Shown one piece after another: positions 1 through 11,320 of a stretch of DNA of 32,000 nt. Numbering within the stretch: the stretch's first letter is position 1; each line of letters starts with the position of its first letter. The stretch covers positions 660,001-692,000 of the forward strand of contig NZ_CP097765.1 of assembly GCF_023585785.1 (NCBI RefSeq), given 5' to 3'. The notes below the pieces were generated by a model that ran no database searches, was not told where the DNA came from, and worked only from the letters and a program-made list of their open reading frames with translations. The DNA comes from Blochmannia endosymbiont of Camponotus modoc. Lineage in GTDB: Bacteria; Pseudomonadota; Gammaproteobacteria; Enterobacterales; Enterobacteriaceae. The position numbers and the translations under genes were made by a program.

Positions 1-149
1 AATAATAAAGCGATTATCATCTCTCTAATTATTATAATTTGACGTCGTTTTGGTTCTAGATCTTTTAATATCGACATAAAAATTGGTAAATTTCCGATAG
101 GATCCATAATTAAAAACAATAGAACTGTAGCTGATATCATTTCATTCAT
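1..149 (-). CDS. yhgN: MarC/UPF0056-family inner-membrane protein, N-terminal 49 codons (gene runs off the window edge)
   Basis: The reverse complement of 149..1 reads MNEMISATVLLFLIMDPIGNLPIFMSILKDLEPKRRQIIIIREMIIALL. This carries the MDPxGNxPxF signature of MarC-family proteins and is close to the E. coli YhgN N-terminus as I remember it. It is divergent from asd, as yhgN-asd is in E. coli. It is absent from the ORF track only because it is truncated below 60 aa. Confidence 0.75.
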   Translation of the reverse strand, partial: MNEMISATVLLFLIMDPIGNLPIFMSILKDLEPKRRQIIIIREMIIALL

Positions 150-314
150 TATTATTTTCCTAAAAGTTATTTGTGTTTTATATACACTACGCTTTTTATA
201 AAGTAAATTACAAAATATTATTACAAACGTATTACATCATATTACTTATAATACACGTGTGCCACATAAGATTACATATATTCTTGATACTTAATAATGA
301 CTGCGAGATTGATA

Positions 315-1421
315 ATGAAAAATATTGGATTTGTTGGTTGGAGAGGAATGGTAGGTTCAGTATTAATGAATCGCATGAAAGAAGAAAATGATTTTAGCCA
401 TTTTCACTCAATATTTCTCTCTACATCACAAATAGGAGAACATGCTCCAAACATTCAAGGATCACAAGAATTATTTTTACAAGACGCTTGTAATACCGAT
501 CTGCTTAATTCTTTAGATATTATTATTACATGTCAAGGTAGTGCATATAGTAAAATTATTTATCCAAAATTGAGAAAAATCGGATGGACAGGATATTGGA
601 TTGATAGTGCCTCATTTTTACGAATGAATGATGATGCGATTATTGTTTTGGACCCTGTTAATCAAGTATTGATAAAACAAGGTATAAATAACGGCATTAA
701 AACATTTGTAGGAGGCAATTGCACTGTAAGTTTAATGTTAATGTCTTTAGGTGGATTATTTGCTCATAATTTAATCGAATGGGTTTTTGCCTCCACGTAT
801 CAGGCAGCTTCTGGATGTGGAGCGCGTGCCATGCGTGAGCTGTTAATACAAATGGGCCAAGTGTACAATATAGTAACTGATTTGTTAACCTCCCCTTCAA
901 TGGCTATTCTAGATATTGAACATATAATTACTAAATTTAGTAAAACTGATTCCTTATTAGTAGATTGCTTCAAAGTTCCTTTGATAGGCAATGTCATTCC
1001 GTGGATTGGTGATTATATGTATAATGGCCAAACTCAAGAAGAATGGAAAGGTCAAGCAGAAACTAATAAAATCCTCAATACTTCTAACATTATAACAGTA
1101 GACAGTTTATGCGTACGTGTGGGCTCATTACGTTGTCATAGCCAAGCATTTGTTTTAAAACTTAAAAAAGACATTTGTTTAACAGAAATAGAAGAATTAC
1201 TCCAATCTCATAATAAATGGGTAGAAGTTATCTCAAATGATGTTACGCAATCATTAAACAAATTAACTCCTGTTATGGTATCCGGAACACTCAAAATACC
1301 CATCGGTCGGTTACGCAAATTGCACGCAGGTAACAAATATATTTCAGCTTTTAGCGTGGGCGACCAGTTACTTTGGGGAGCTGCTGAGCCATTACGCAGG
1401 ATATTACGTCAATTACTATAA
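315..1421 (+). CDS. asd: aspartate-semialdehyde dehydrogenase
   Basis: From ATG 315, [21 protein letters not shown]... is colinear end to end with E. coli Asd. It keeps the active-site [13 protein letters not shown] Cys, the RCHSQAF His and the C-terminal [13 protein letters not shown]. The ORF-track start at 297 adds 6 non-homologous residues. Confidence 0.97.
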   Translation: MKNIGFVGWRGMVGSVLMNRMKEENDFSHFHSIFLSTSQIGEHAPNIQGSQELFLQDACNTDLLNSLDIIITCQGSAYSKIIYPKLRKIGWTGYWIDSASFLRMNDDAIIVLDPVNQVLIKQGINNGIKTFVGGNCTVSLMLMSLGGLFAHNLIEWVFASTYQAASGCGARAMRELLIQMGQVYNIVTDLLTSPSMAILDIEHIITKFSKTDSLLVDCFKVPLIGNVIPWIGDYMYNGQTQEEWKGQAETNKILNTSNIITVDSLCVRVGSLRCHSQAFVLKLKKDICLTEIEELLQSHNKWVEVISNDVTQSLNKLTPVMVSGTLKIPIGRLRKLHAGNKYISAFSVGDQLLWGAAEPLRRILRQLL

Positions 1422-1581
1422 ATTGTATTTATTCTACAAAAAAATAGATTTACAAATATATAATTTAGGGATAATACAAATAGAAATGCAATTCTGAAAA
1501 TTTTAAACAAATCAACTCAATTATACAATAAAGTTATGGTTACTTTACTAAAAAAATTTTTCAAAATAAAAAATAAAATTG

Positions 1582-2172
1582 TTAATAAAAAGAATGCGTC
1601 CCGTGTTGATGTTGAGTCATATCTAGTACCCCTTTTAATTCTGGAAAAAGATTCTTTAAGGTAGTTTCAATTCCTTCTTTTATGGTATAGCTAGCCATTG
1701 CGCAGCCATTGCATCCTCCATAAAATTTAATAACAGCTAACAGATCTTCAGTAATACGTATTAAAGACACACTGCCTCCATGTAGTTCTAATTGAGGATT
1801 AATCTGAAATTGTAATACATGTCTCACCCGATCTTCCAACGAATCATTGTTCATCTTGTTTCTTATATTATTGCATTCTTTAGTAGCATTAGGAGCTTTA
1901 ATAGTAAGTTGAGAATCTAATTCATTAATCATCATGTCAATTTTTGTGTCTTTAAGGAAAGATATATATACTGGATCTACGTGTACAGAAAAAAGATCAA
2001 ACTCAATTATCATATCACTGGGTTTAAATTCTTCTGGTGGACAAAAACAAACACCACATTCTGCATGAACTGTACCTGGATTAACCACAAACACTCGTAT
2101 CTGAGTACCTGGTTTCTTATCCACTAACAGTTTAGCAAAATGTTTTTGTGCAACTGGGGTTATATAAATCAT
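1582..2172 (-). CDS. nfuA: Fe-S cluster carrier protein NfuA (YhgI/GntY)
   Basis: The 196-aa ORF MIYITPVAQKHFAKLL..TQIRVFVVNPGT..ECGV.. has a C-terminal Nfu domain with the GGCNGC CxxC motif and ends in ..HQHGTHSFY. It is colinear with E. coli NfuA. Confidence 0.95.
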   Translation of the reverse strand: MIYITPVAQKHFAKLLVDKKPGTQIRVFVVNPGTVHAECGVCFCPPEEFKPSDMIIEFDLFSVHVDPVYISFLKDTKIDMMINELDSQLTIKAPNATKECNNIRNKMNNDSLEDRVRHVLQFQINPQLELHGGSVSLIRITEDLLAVIKFYGGCNGCAMASYTIKEGIETTLKNLFPELKGVLDMTQHQHGTHSFY

Positions 2173-3649
2173 ACGATATGATACCTAATCATTTTTTAAA
2201 AATGCAAATAGTTCATAGTTTTATCACGTATATGTTGTATATCCTATTTGGGATAACTTATATATATTTTTATATACTTTCAATATATATTATTTATTTC
2301 TTTATATTTTTGACAAATAGCCTATGTTATACAGTTACACGTAATTAGCACGCTCTATATATGTAACTTAAAAAGTTATTAATTACATTAATGACTATTT
2401 TAACTTATTATAGCAAATTTATTTCAATGTATAAATAATATTTAAAACAATAAAATGCATATAACATTAACCGTATATACCTAGTACTTAAAAATTTGGT
2501 ATCTATTAACGAGAGAACTAATTACTACATTTTAATTTTCAAACGAATTAAAAAATAGTTAAAAAAATAAAAATATATAACACCAAAAGGACGAAAAAAT
2601 AATATCTGTTATTACACAATTATTAATTCACACGAATCTCAAATTCTGATAACCGTAATATTTACGAATAGTTAAATTCACTAATAAGCAGCTATGATAT
2701 CTACGTATAGGCACATTTTTATCATACAAGGAAACACAGTGTAAATATTAAATATGCAATCATTTATTTTTCTAAGAGAAATAATTAATTTCAATAACAT
2801 ATTTAAAGTACTACCAATCAGATATTAACACAAGTTTAAATATACTTAATATTAAATTTTAATTTTTATCAAAAACCTAACGCATCTCTCTTTCGTTGTC
2901 AGAGAGACTAATATTATTTATGACAAAGAAACTATAGTTTTAATATTTATCAAAATGCTTTTTAATCATAATAATTAACATATCAATTCATCATGAATTA
3001 CATATACGTATGTTAAATTTTTCAACACACTACATTATTTATTATAAAATGCAAATAACTTATTATTTTATATATTTAATGAAAGAAATGTATATCTCTT
3101 GATTGTATGAATATGTATCAATACAGATTGATAATGAACATTGAAAATTTATGTCACTTTGATCTACTCATATGAGTATAAATAACAATAACTTAATTAT
3201 TATAATAAATATCAATATAAAAATATGGAAAAGTCATACAACACCAGTGTTTTTAAAATCAATTCTTTATCTCTTATAAAGAGATAACATTCCATATTTT
3301 AAACCATAAGATGCTTAAGTCCCTAATTAAAAATAAACTTATATTTTCAAACAATCATGTTATCTGTATGGAACTAAATTAACCTTGTATCTGTATTTGA
3401 TCATATTTATTTACCCATTTTCAAATTTGTTCTCCACTATGAGAATAAATAAGTTTCTACGTTGTATCTGAACAAAGATTTGTATTACAATGATAGCATG
3501 TTGTTACATGTTAACAATTAATAGTATTATCGCAATTATTATATTATCATATATTAGATGTACATTTATAAAAATAAGATGATTTTAACGTTTCATATTT
3601 TTGTATCTGTGCGTTTATCGATCAGTTGGGTCTTCATATAAAGTGATGA

Positions 3650-4222
<573 letters not shown>

Positions 4223-4276
4223 CGCTCGTTATTATAAATTCATCGTTTTAATATTAAAAGTTTTTATAATTTTGCT

Positions 4277-5368
4277 ATGGAAAAAATTATCATAAAATTA
4301 CAAAAAAGAAGCTATCCAATTATTATTGCAGACAAATTGTTTAATGATTTCTCACCCTGTTGGCCATTAAATATTGGTGACAAAGTAGTATTAATTACCA
4401 ATGATCGAGTGGCGCCGATTTATTTAAATATATTACGTAATTTATTGACTAGATCAGGCATTGTTACTGATCAACTAATTTTACCAGATGGTGAACAGAA
4501 CAAATCTCTAATTACATTAAATACAATATTTACTAAATTACTGAAAAAAAATTATGATCGTAGTACAATACTTATTGCCCTTGGCGGAGGTATCATCGGA
4601 GATATAACCGGATTTGCAGCTGCTACATACCAACGTGGAATACGTTTTATTCAAGTCCCAACAACACTGCTTGCACAGGTAGATGCGTCCATTGGAGGAA
4701 AAACTGGAATTAACCATATACTTGGTAAAAACATGATTGGTGCTTTTCATCAACCTATTGCTGTTGTTATCAATTTAGATGTCTTGCGTACGTTGAGTAT
4801 GAAAGAGTTTTCTTCTGGATTAGCTGAAATCATTAAGTACGCTATAGCTCTTGACTCTAGTTTTTTTAGATGGTTGGAATCCCATTTGGATGATTTATTA
4901 ATTTTGCATCCGCCATCCTTAATGTACTGTATTCGTCGTTGTTGTGAATTAAAAGCATCTATAATTACAATTGATGAACGTGATCACGGTATTAGGAGTG
5001 TATTAAATCTTGGACATACTTATGGCCATGCCATCGAATCATACCTAGGCTATTCACAATGGTCTCACGGTGAATCTATAGCAGCAGGTATCATGATGGC
5101 AGTAAATACTGCATTACGTTTAAATCAGTTTAATTGCAGTGATGCAAAACGCATAAAATTATTATTAACACGCGCAGGTTTACCTGTGCGAGGTCCAAAA
5201 GAAATGACATCAAAAAACTATTTAGAATATATGAAACGCGATAAAAAGTCAATATCAGGGCAACTTAACTTAGTTTTGCCCATTTCTATAGGAAACGTAA
5301 AAACTGTTTTTAACGTAAACCATGAGTTAGTGTCATCTTCCATTGAAGACACTAATAACTATATTTAG
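4277..5368 (+). CDS. aroB: 3-dehydroquinate synthase
   Basis: The 363-aa ORF MEKIIIKLQKRSYPIII.. contains LGGGIIGDITGFAAATYQRGIRFIQVPTTLLAQVDASIGGKT and NLGHTYGHAIE, colinear with E. coli AroB. It lies immediately downstream of aroK, as in the E. coli aroKB operon. Confidence 0.97.
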   Translation: MEKIIIKLQKRSYPIIIADKLFNDFSPCWPLNIGDKVVLITNDRVAPIYLNILRNLLTRSGIVTDQLILPDGEQNKSLITLNTIFTKLLKKNYDRSTILIALGGGIIGDITGFAAATYQRGIRFIQVPTTLLAQVDASIGGKTGINHILGKNMIGAFHQPIAVVINLDVLRTLSMKEFSSGLAEIIKYAIALDSSFFRWLESHLDDLLILHPPSLMYCIRRCCELKASIITIDERDHGIRSVLNLGHTYGHAIESYLGYSQWSHGESIAAGIMMAVNTALRLNQFNCSDAKRIKLLLTRAGLPVRGPKEMTSKNYLEYMKRDKKSISGQLNLVLPISIGNVKTVFNVNHELVSSSIEDTNNYI

Positions 5369-5752
5369 TGATTAATAAGTATTAACATTTAATATAGTTA
5401 GTGCATGTATAATATACATGAGAGGGTTATTTTTTAAAGTAAAGCATAATTTAATAAAATTAAAACTCAATAGTATTGAATTAGATTCTTTATTCTAATT
5501 ATGTTGGGATTTATTTTTGCATTATACGATATAAAAAATATAAACAATCTAAACTTATAGATAATTACTCCAATATACAAATCATATAAAATATAAATTC
5601 TTGTTTGAAACAATTCTGTTTTTATAAATTTATGAAAATAAAATATTTTATGTAAAAAATAATAATATAATCCTCTAAATTTATATTATTATTTGATTTA
5701 ATTAAATTAAAATGAACTATTTTATAGTATATTAATCTTTAATGGAAATTGC

Positions 5753-6418
5753 ATGAAACGGTTCTTAATAGCTCCATCTATTTTGTCAGCTAATTTTGCT
5801 AAATTAGGAGAAGATGTTACTAATGTTATATCTGCTGGCGCAGATATTTTACATTTTGATGTTATGGACAATCATTATGTTCCTAATTTAAGCGTAGGAT
5901 CTATGGTGTTACAGTCACTACGTAGTTACGGAGTTAATATTCCTATTGATGTACATTTAATGGCAAAACCAATAGATCGATTAATTTCAGATTTCGCTGC
6001 TGTTGGAGCAAATTATATTAGTTTTCATCCAGAAGCAACAGAACATATTGATCGATCATTACAATTGATTAAAGAATACGGATGTAAAGCAGGATTAGTT
6101 TTTAACCCTAGCACTACTCTTAATTATTTGGAATATGTAATGGATAAAATTGATCTAATTGTATTAATGTCAGTAAATCCTGGTTTTAGCGGACAATTGT
6201 TTATTCCCATGATTTTAAATAAAATACGTCAAACACGTAAATTAATAGACAATACTAATTATAATATTGATTTAGCAGTGGATGGAGGTATTAATATAAA
6301 AAATATACATTCAATTTTAAAAGCTGGTGCAACCACGTTTATTATAGGATCAGCTATCTTTGGATCTGAAAATTATTACGAGGTTATGCATAATTTTCGA
6401 TCTGTTTTATCAAATTAA
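5753..6418 (+). CDS. rpe: ribulose-phosphate 3-epimerase
   Basis: The 221-aa ORF contains [43 protein letters not shown], colinear with E. coli Rpe. Confidence 0.97.
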   Translation: MKRFLIAPSILSANFAKLGEDVTNVISAGADILHFDVMDNHYVPNLSVGSMVLQSLRSYGVNIPIDVHLMAKPIDRLISDFAAVGANYISFHPEATEHIDRSLQLIKEYGCKAGLVFNPSTTLNYLEYVMDKIDLIVLMSVNPGFSGQLFIPMILNKIRQTRKLIDNTNYNIDLAVDGGINIKNIHSILKAGATTFIIGSAIFGSENYYEVMHNFRSVLSN

Positions 6419-6657
6419 TAACGAAAGATATTTAGCATTTTATTTTTAAATAAATAATTAGAGAAATATTATATTGATTACCATAATTATTTTATTTGAA
6501 ACAAATATTATTTGATATATTATTTATTTTTTATAAAATAATTTTATTTATAGGTTGTATAGATTGATATCATGAAAACTATATGTTTTTCTGTGTAAAT
6601 TTGAAAGTAATAACATTTTAATTTGTTTTATCATAAACACTATGGATATATATCTGT

Positions 6658-7656
6658 ATGAATAAACCAATTTTATTTAGCGGAGCGCAACCATCAGGTG
6701 AACTTACTATTGGTAATTATATCGGAGCGATACGTCAGTGGGTTAAAATGCAACAAGATTATCAATGTATATATTGTATAGTAGATTTACATGCAATTGC
6801 AAATCAGAATAATTTACATCGATTATACGAAACATCATTAGATACATTAGCTTTATATTTAGCATGTGGTATTGATCCTAATGATAGTACAATATTTATT
6901 CAGTCCCATGTTCCAGAGCATAGTCAATTAAATTGGTTGTTAAATTGTTATACGTATTTTGGAGAGCTAAATCGTATGACCCAATTTAAGGAAAAATTAA
7001 TACAACAAAAGGAAAATGTTAATATCGGGTTATTTAACTATCCAGTATTAATGGCATCAGATATTTTATTATATCAAACTAATTTAGTTCCGGTAGGTTC
7101 TGATCAGAAACAACATTTAGAATTAACACGTAATATTGCTGAACGTTTTAATCATACATACGGAACAATTTTCGTTGTTCCAGAAGTATTTATTCCTACA
7201 TATGGTTCTCGTATTATGTCCTTGTTAGAACCAAATAAAAAAATGTCTAAATCAGATCGTAGATCTGGTAATATGATTACTCTTTTAGATGATATTAATA
7301 TGGTATCAAAAAAAATTAAACGTGCTGTTACTGATACCGATCAGCCTCCAATAATTAAATACGATCCTATTAACAAACCCGGTATTTCTAATTTATTAGA
7401 AATTCTTTCTGGAATAAGTGATCAACCTATTACGTATTTAGAAGAAATTTTTAAAGAAAAAACATATTCCCAGTTAAAAAATGAAATTATTAAATCAATA
7501 TCGTCGGTGTTGATAAAATTTCAAAATCGTTATTATACTGAACGTGCTAATGAAAATAAATTACGTTATATATTATGTGTAGGCGCAAAAAAAGCGCAAA
7601 AAAAAGCTAATGTCACTTTGAAAAAAGTGCATAAAGCAATGGGATTGAGTGATTAA
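6658..7656 (+). CDS. trpS: tryptophan--tRNA ligase
   Basis: The 332-aa ORF starts [29 protein letters not shown]. It has the class-I KMSKS motif and [15 protein letters not shown], and is colinear with E. coli TrpS. Confidence 0.97.
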   Translation: MNKPILFSGAQPSGELTIGNYIGAIRQWVKMQQDYQCIYCIVDLHAIANQNNLHRLYETSLDTLALYLACGIDPNDSTIFIQSHVPEHSQLNWLLNCYTYFGELNRMTQFKEKLIQQKENVNIGLFNYPVLMASDILLYQTNLVPVGSDQKQHLELTRNIAERFNHTYGTIFVVPEVFIPTYGSRIMSLLEPNKKMSKSDRRSGNMITLLDDINMVSKKIKRAVTDTDQPPIIKYDPINKPGISNLLEILSGISDQPITYLEEIFKEKTYSQLKNEIIKSISSVLIKFQNRYYTERANENKLRYILCVGAKKAQKKANVTLKKVHKAMGLSD

Positions 7657-8058
7657 TTAAAAATAATTAATTTTTAATATCATTATGTCAATAATGTTAA
7701 TGTATAGTAGGCGCATAAGTAAAAATAAAATGTTATTTAAATTTAAAAAACGCACATGTAATAATGACAGTGTCTTTATAGGATATTAATTATTAAATTA
7801 ATTATACTTATTACAGCATAACAAATTAATCATCCGTACTAATTTATGATATTAAAATACATAAAAAATGTAACGTGTAAATTACAACTGTGTTTAATTA
7901 ATATTATTTATATGTAAAATAAATTATATTTTTATATATTTATGTTCTTTCCTTTAATACAATTGATTAATAATCAGCTTAATCTGAAACTATGTTCCAT
8001 AAAACTTTTGAGTACATGAATAAATTAATTTATTATTATATCTAATTACAAAACTATA

Positions 8059-8646
8059 ATGAACAAAATCCTTATTATCGATAATTATGATTCCTTCACT
8101 TGGAATCTTTATCAATACTTTAGAGAAATGGGTGGTATCGTGGAAGTTAGAAGAAACGATGCTTTAAATATTATAGATATTGAGCAATTATCTCCTGAAC
8201 GTTTAGTAATTTCCCCTGGACCTGGTACACCAGACAATGCAGGTATTTCTTTAGATGCAATTTATTATTTTCATAAAAGAATACCTATTCTTGGAGTATG
8301 TCTTGGACATCAAGCTATAGCTCAGTTTTTTGGAGCTAAATTAAAATATGCACAAAAAGTAATGCATGGTAAAATTTCTCTAATTCATCACAATGGAAGC
8401 GGAATATTTCATGAAGTAATACAGCCTTTAAATGTGGTTCGATATCATTCTTTAGTAATAGATTCAAATACTATGCCATCATGTTTAGAAATCACTTCAT
8501 GGAGTACATGTACATGTAGTGATAAATATATCGAAATCATGGGTATTCGTCATCGTAACCTGCTTGTAGAAGGCGTGCAATTTCACCCAGAAAGTATATT
8601 AAGTGAACAAGGACATCAAATTCTAGGCAATTTTATGAAGTACTAA
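8059..8646 (+). CDS. pabA: glutamine amidotransferase component II of aminodeoxychorismate synthase (PabA; TrpG-type)
   Basis: [17 protein letters not shown] is present, with the catalytic Cys in [10 protein letters not shown] and His/Glu in VQFHPES. It is colinear with E. coli PabA apart from a roughly 6-aa insertion. Its syntenic position between trpS and rpsL fits pabA rather than the trpG domain. PabA versus TrpG cannot be fully separated by eye. Confidence 0.85.
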   Translation: MNKILIIDNYDSFTWNLYQYFREMGGIVEVRRNDALNIIDIEQLSPERLVISPGPGTPDNAGISLDAIYYFHKRIPILGVCLGHQAIAQFFGAKLKYAQKVMHGKISLIHHNGSGIFHEVIQPLNVVRYHSLVIDSNTMPSCLEITSWSTCTCSDKYIEIMGIRHRNLLVEGVQFHPESILSEQGHQILGNFMKY

Positions 8647-10190
8647 TTTAAAATTTATCAAATCTGTTGAGATTCTAACACTTAAAAGTGATTGTTTCTT
8701 ATTTCTAGTAATTATTAAATTATGATTTTAATACTCCAAAAAAATATATCTGGGGATGTATCCTAATGAACTGAATGTATAACTCAAATGTTAAAATTTA
8801 GTGTAATTCACTTACATGAAATATGTAGAAATTTTTCTTCATTTTAAATGAAATTTAATTATGTATTGTTGTATATTTTTTATAATTAGTTTATTTATGA
8901 AATTTAAAATTAGTTATACATACCTTCATGAATAGCAAATATAAAACTAAATTATCATTCCTAATGTAGGGATAACAGTAATTTTATTGGTAACATTAAA
9001 TATTTTTAAAAATATGTTCAAATTTATGGTTGCATTGATCTTGAAATATATTTTATTTTCATAAAAACTTATAATTCAATTTTTAAGAACTACGTTGATT
9101 ACAGAAATTATATAAAATGCAATATCTAAATTAAAAACTGTAAACAGCCAAGTTATAAATTCTCTAATTCTTAGTAATATAATTGTCCGTTCAATACTTA
9201 ATGATAAACTGATGCTAAAATAGTATGCGATTTTTAATATCAAAATACTATAGAATATAATTAAATGATCAAAATTAAAAAATTTCTAATGATTCTTCAT
9301 GTGTAATGTGTATACAAATATTTATAATTAATAAATTTTTTAATATGTATTTTAAAAATTTCAATCTCAAAATTATAAAGTATTTAAATTATATACATTT
9401 ATTAATATATGAACATCATATATTAATGTGATCAAATCTAAAAACCTTTCAATTTTTCATTGATTCCCGTTATAAACTAAAAACTTTTTGATAAATCTAA
9501 GTTTATTAAAATCATCGATGCGAGATGTTTACATCAGTTTATATAATTTATTACATAAACATTATTCAGATATGTAAAATTATGTGTTTGGGCATATATA
9601 TATTTTTATTATAAATGTATATACTCAAAAAAAATTAATGGTTATACAGCATATCGTAATTATATGCAATAAAAAGTTATCTTATACAAAGGTGTAAAAT
9701 ATGAAAGCATTTTTTGTTAAATTCATTTTATTCATTTCTATTATTTCTCTTGCCCTTACTGGTATTATCTGTTAAACTGTTAAAGTTGAAGAAGAGAAAT
9801 AATAGAAACATTTATACTAAAAGCTTTCCGGTTTTTATATTAAAAATGTATTTTCGACTTTATACATTTCAATTGTGTTGTCTAAAAATTAAACTAACCG
9901 CGAGTCTATAATATCATAAAAAGTTTATAGAAATATAATTTATTACAAATAAATTGTTGCTACGATAAATGACAATTATTGCATGGCATAGCAAAATAAA
10001 AAAATTAAACATAAAATAATATTTGATCCTGACTACCTTTGAAAGAATAGGATACAACATTGTAATGAAAATGTATTAAAACACTTTATTATATTAAGAA
10101 TTCACTTAAAAGAAGAAAAGTGTATAAAATTGTTTTCACTTAATAAGGTGTGTGTTTTACGTCGAATTTAGTGGATAAATATACCGCTTT

Positions 10191-10199
10191 TGTTATAAT
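10191..10199 (+). promoter_or_regulatory. candidate extended -10 element (TGtTATAAT) of the str-operon promoter
   Basis: TG at 10191-10192 followed by TATAAT at 10194-10199, about 126 nt upstream of the rpsL start. The -35 region (GTGGAT, 10171-10176) is poor. TATAAT-like hexamers are frequent by chance in DNA this AT-rich. Confidence 0.25.
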
Positions 10200-10324
10200 T
10201 TTTATTGATCTTGCAATTTAATAATAACATAAGATCATTATCTGTTATTAGAGTTGAGAAAGATAACAACAAATAGTATATATGTTTTGATATGGTCTTA
10301 TCAGAAAAAATGGAGATTTTAATA

Positions 10325-10696
10325 GTGACAACAGTCAATCAACTTGTTCGTAATGCACGTCCAACAAAAACTTTTAAAAGTAATGTACCAGCATTAGAAG
10401 CCTGCCCACAAAAAAGAGGGGTGTGCGTGCGTGTATACACTACTACTCCAAAGAAACCGAATTCTGCATTACGAAAAGTATGTCGTGTTCGTTTAACTAA
10501 TGGATTGGAAGTAACTTCTTATATCGGAGGAGAAGGTCATAATTTACAGGAACATGCTTCAATTCTGATTCGAGGGGGACGGGTTAAAGATCTTCCGGGT
10601 GTTCGGTATCATGTTATTCGTGGCGCTCTCGATTGTGCAGGGGTGAATTCGCGTAAAAAAGGTCGCTCCAAATATGGAACAAAACAGTCGAAATAA
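10325..10696 (+). CDS. rpsL: 30S ribosomal protein S12
   Basis: GTG 10325, preceded by GGAG (10312-10315, 9-nt spacing), gives [13 protein letters not shown]... of 123 aa. This is the same register as E. coli S12 (MATVNQLVRKPR...). The ORF-track start at 10292 adds 11 non-homologous residues, and ATG 10310 is an alternative. Confidence 0.97.
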   Translation: MTTVNQLVRNARPTKTFKSNVPALEACPQKRGVCVRVYTTTPKKPNSALRKVCRVRLTNGLEVTSYIGGEGHNLQEHASILIRGGRVKDLPGVRYHVIRGALDCAGVNSRKKGRSKYGTKQSK

Positions 10697-10849
10697 TAGA
10701 TCAAAATATCAGGTCTCTTTTTTATTTTTTAATTTGAGATAAATTTTAAAAAAGGCAATCAATGTTTAGCTAATTGAAAATATAATAGTTTTTTTGTTAA
10801 TGATTTTCCTTTAAAAAAATATCTATTAGTCAAATAGGAATTATAATTA

Positions 10850-11320
10850 ATGCCACGTCGTCGCATCGTTACGAAACGCAATATTCTTCCAGATCCAAAA
10901 TTTGGATCTGATCTTTTGGCAAAGTTTATCAATATTTTGATGTTAAATGGGAAAAAATCTACTGCAGAGTCAATAGTGTATTCTGCCCTAGATAGTTTAT
11001 TTAGGCGATCTAATAAAGATTGTTTAGAAGCATTCGAAATAGCTCTAAATAATGTGCGCCCAGTCGTAGAAGTAAAATCCAGACGGGTTGGCGGATCTAC
11101 TTATCAGGTACCAGTAGAAGTGCGTCTCGTACGTAGAAATACTTTAGCGATGAGATGGATTATTGAGGCTGCTCGTAAAAGACATGATAAATCTATGGAA
11201 TTACGTTTAGCGAGTGAACTTTTAGATGCTATAGAGGGTAAGGGACATGCTGTTAAAAAACGTGAAGAAATACATCGTGTTGCAGAATCTAATAAAGCTT
11301 TTGCCCATTATCGTTGGTAA
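10850..11320 (+). CDS. rpsG: 30S ribosomal protein S7
   Basis: The 156-aa [31 protein letters not shown]... ends in ..AFAHYRW and is colinear with enterobacterial S7. Confidence 0.98.
   Translation: MPRRRIVTKRNILPDPKFGSDLLAKFINILMLNGKKSTAESIVYSALDSLFRRSNKDCLEAFEIALNNVRPVVEVKSRRVGGSTYQVPVEVRLVRRNTLAMRWIIEAARKRHDKSMELRLASELLDAIEGKGHAVKKREEIHRVAESNKAFAHYRW

Noticed and set aside
5404-7677. Possible intrinsic terminators: CATGTATA-A-TATACATG (5404-5420, with a T-run 9 nt later) after aroB, and TTAAAAAT-AATTA-ATTTTTAA (7657-7677) after trpS.
   Set aside because: The stems are AT-only or have a 1-nt loop, and the U-tracts are not adjacent. They are indistinguishable from background palindromes in this composition. 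I saw no G/C-rich terminator hairpin after any gene, including the rplL-rpoB attenuator position (18417-18672).
8967-8982. TAGGGATAACAG-TAAT resembles the I-SceI homing-endonuclease site TAGGGATAACAGGGTAAT and the conserved 23S domain V block GGGATAACAGG.
   Set aside because: Similarity stops at 12 nt. Two G residues of the I-SceI site are missing, and the flanks do not continue the 23S sequence (GCTGATACC expected). There is no intron or endonuclease ORF nearby. I treat it as coincidence, although a 12-mer with 5 G/C positions is unusual in this spacer.
10170-10178. AGTGGATAA (reverse complement TTATCCACT) matches the DnaA box TTATCCACA at 8 of 9 positions, upstream of rpsL.
   Set aside because: It is a single imperfect box. 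There is no cluster of boxes, no AT-rich 13-mer array distinguishable from the background, and no origin-linked genes. This is insufficient for an oriC or DnaA-regulation call.
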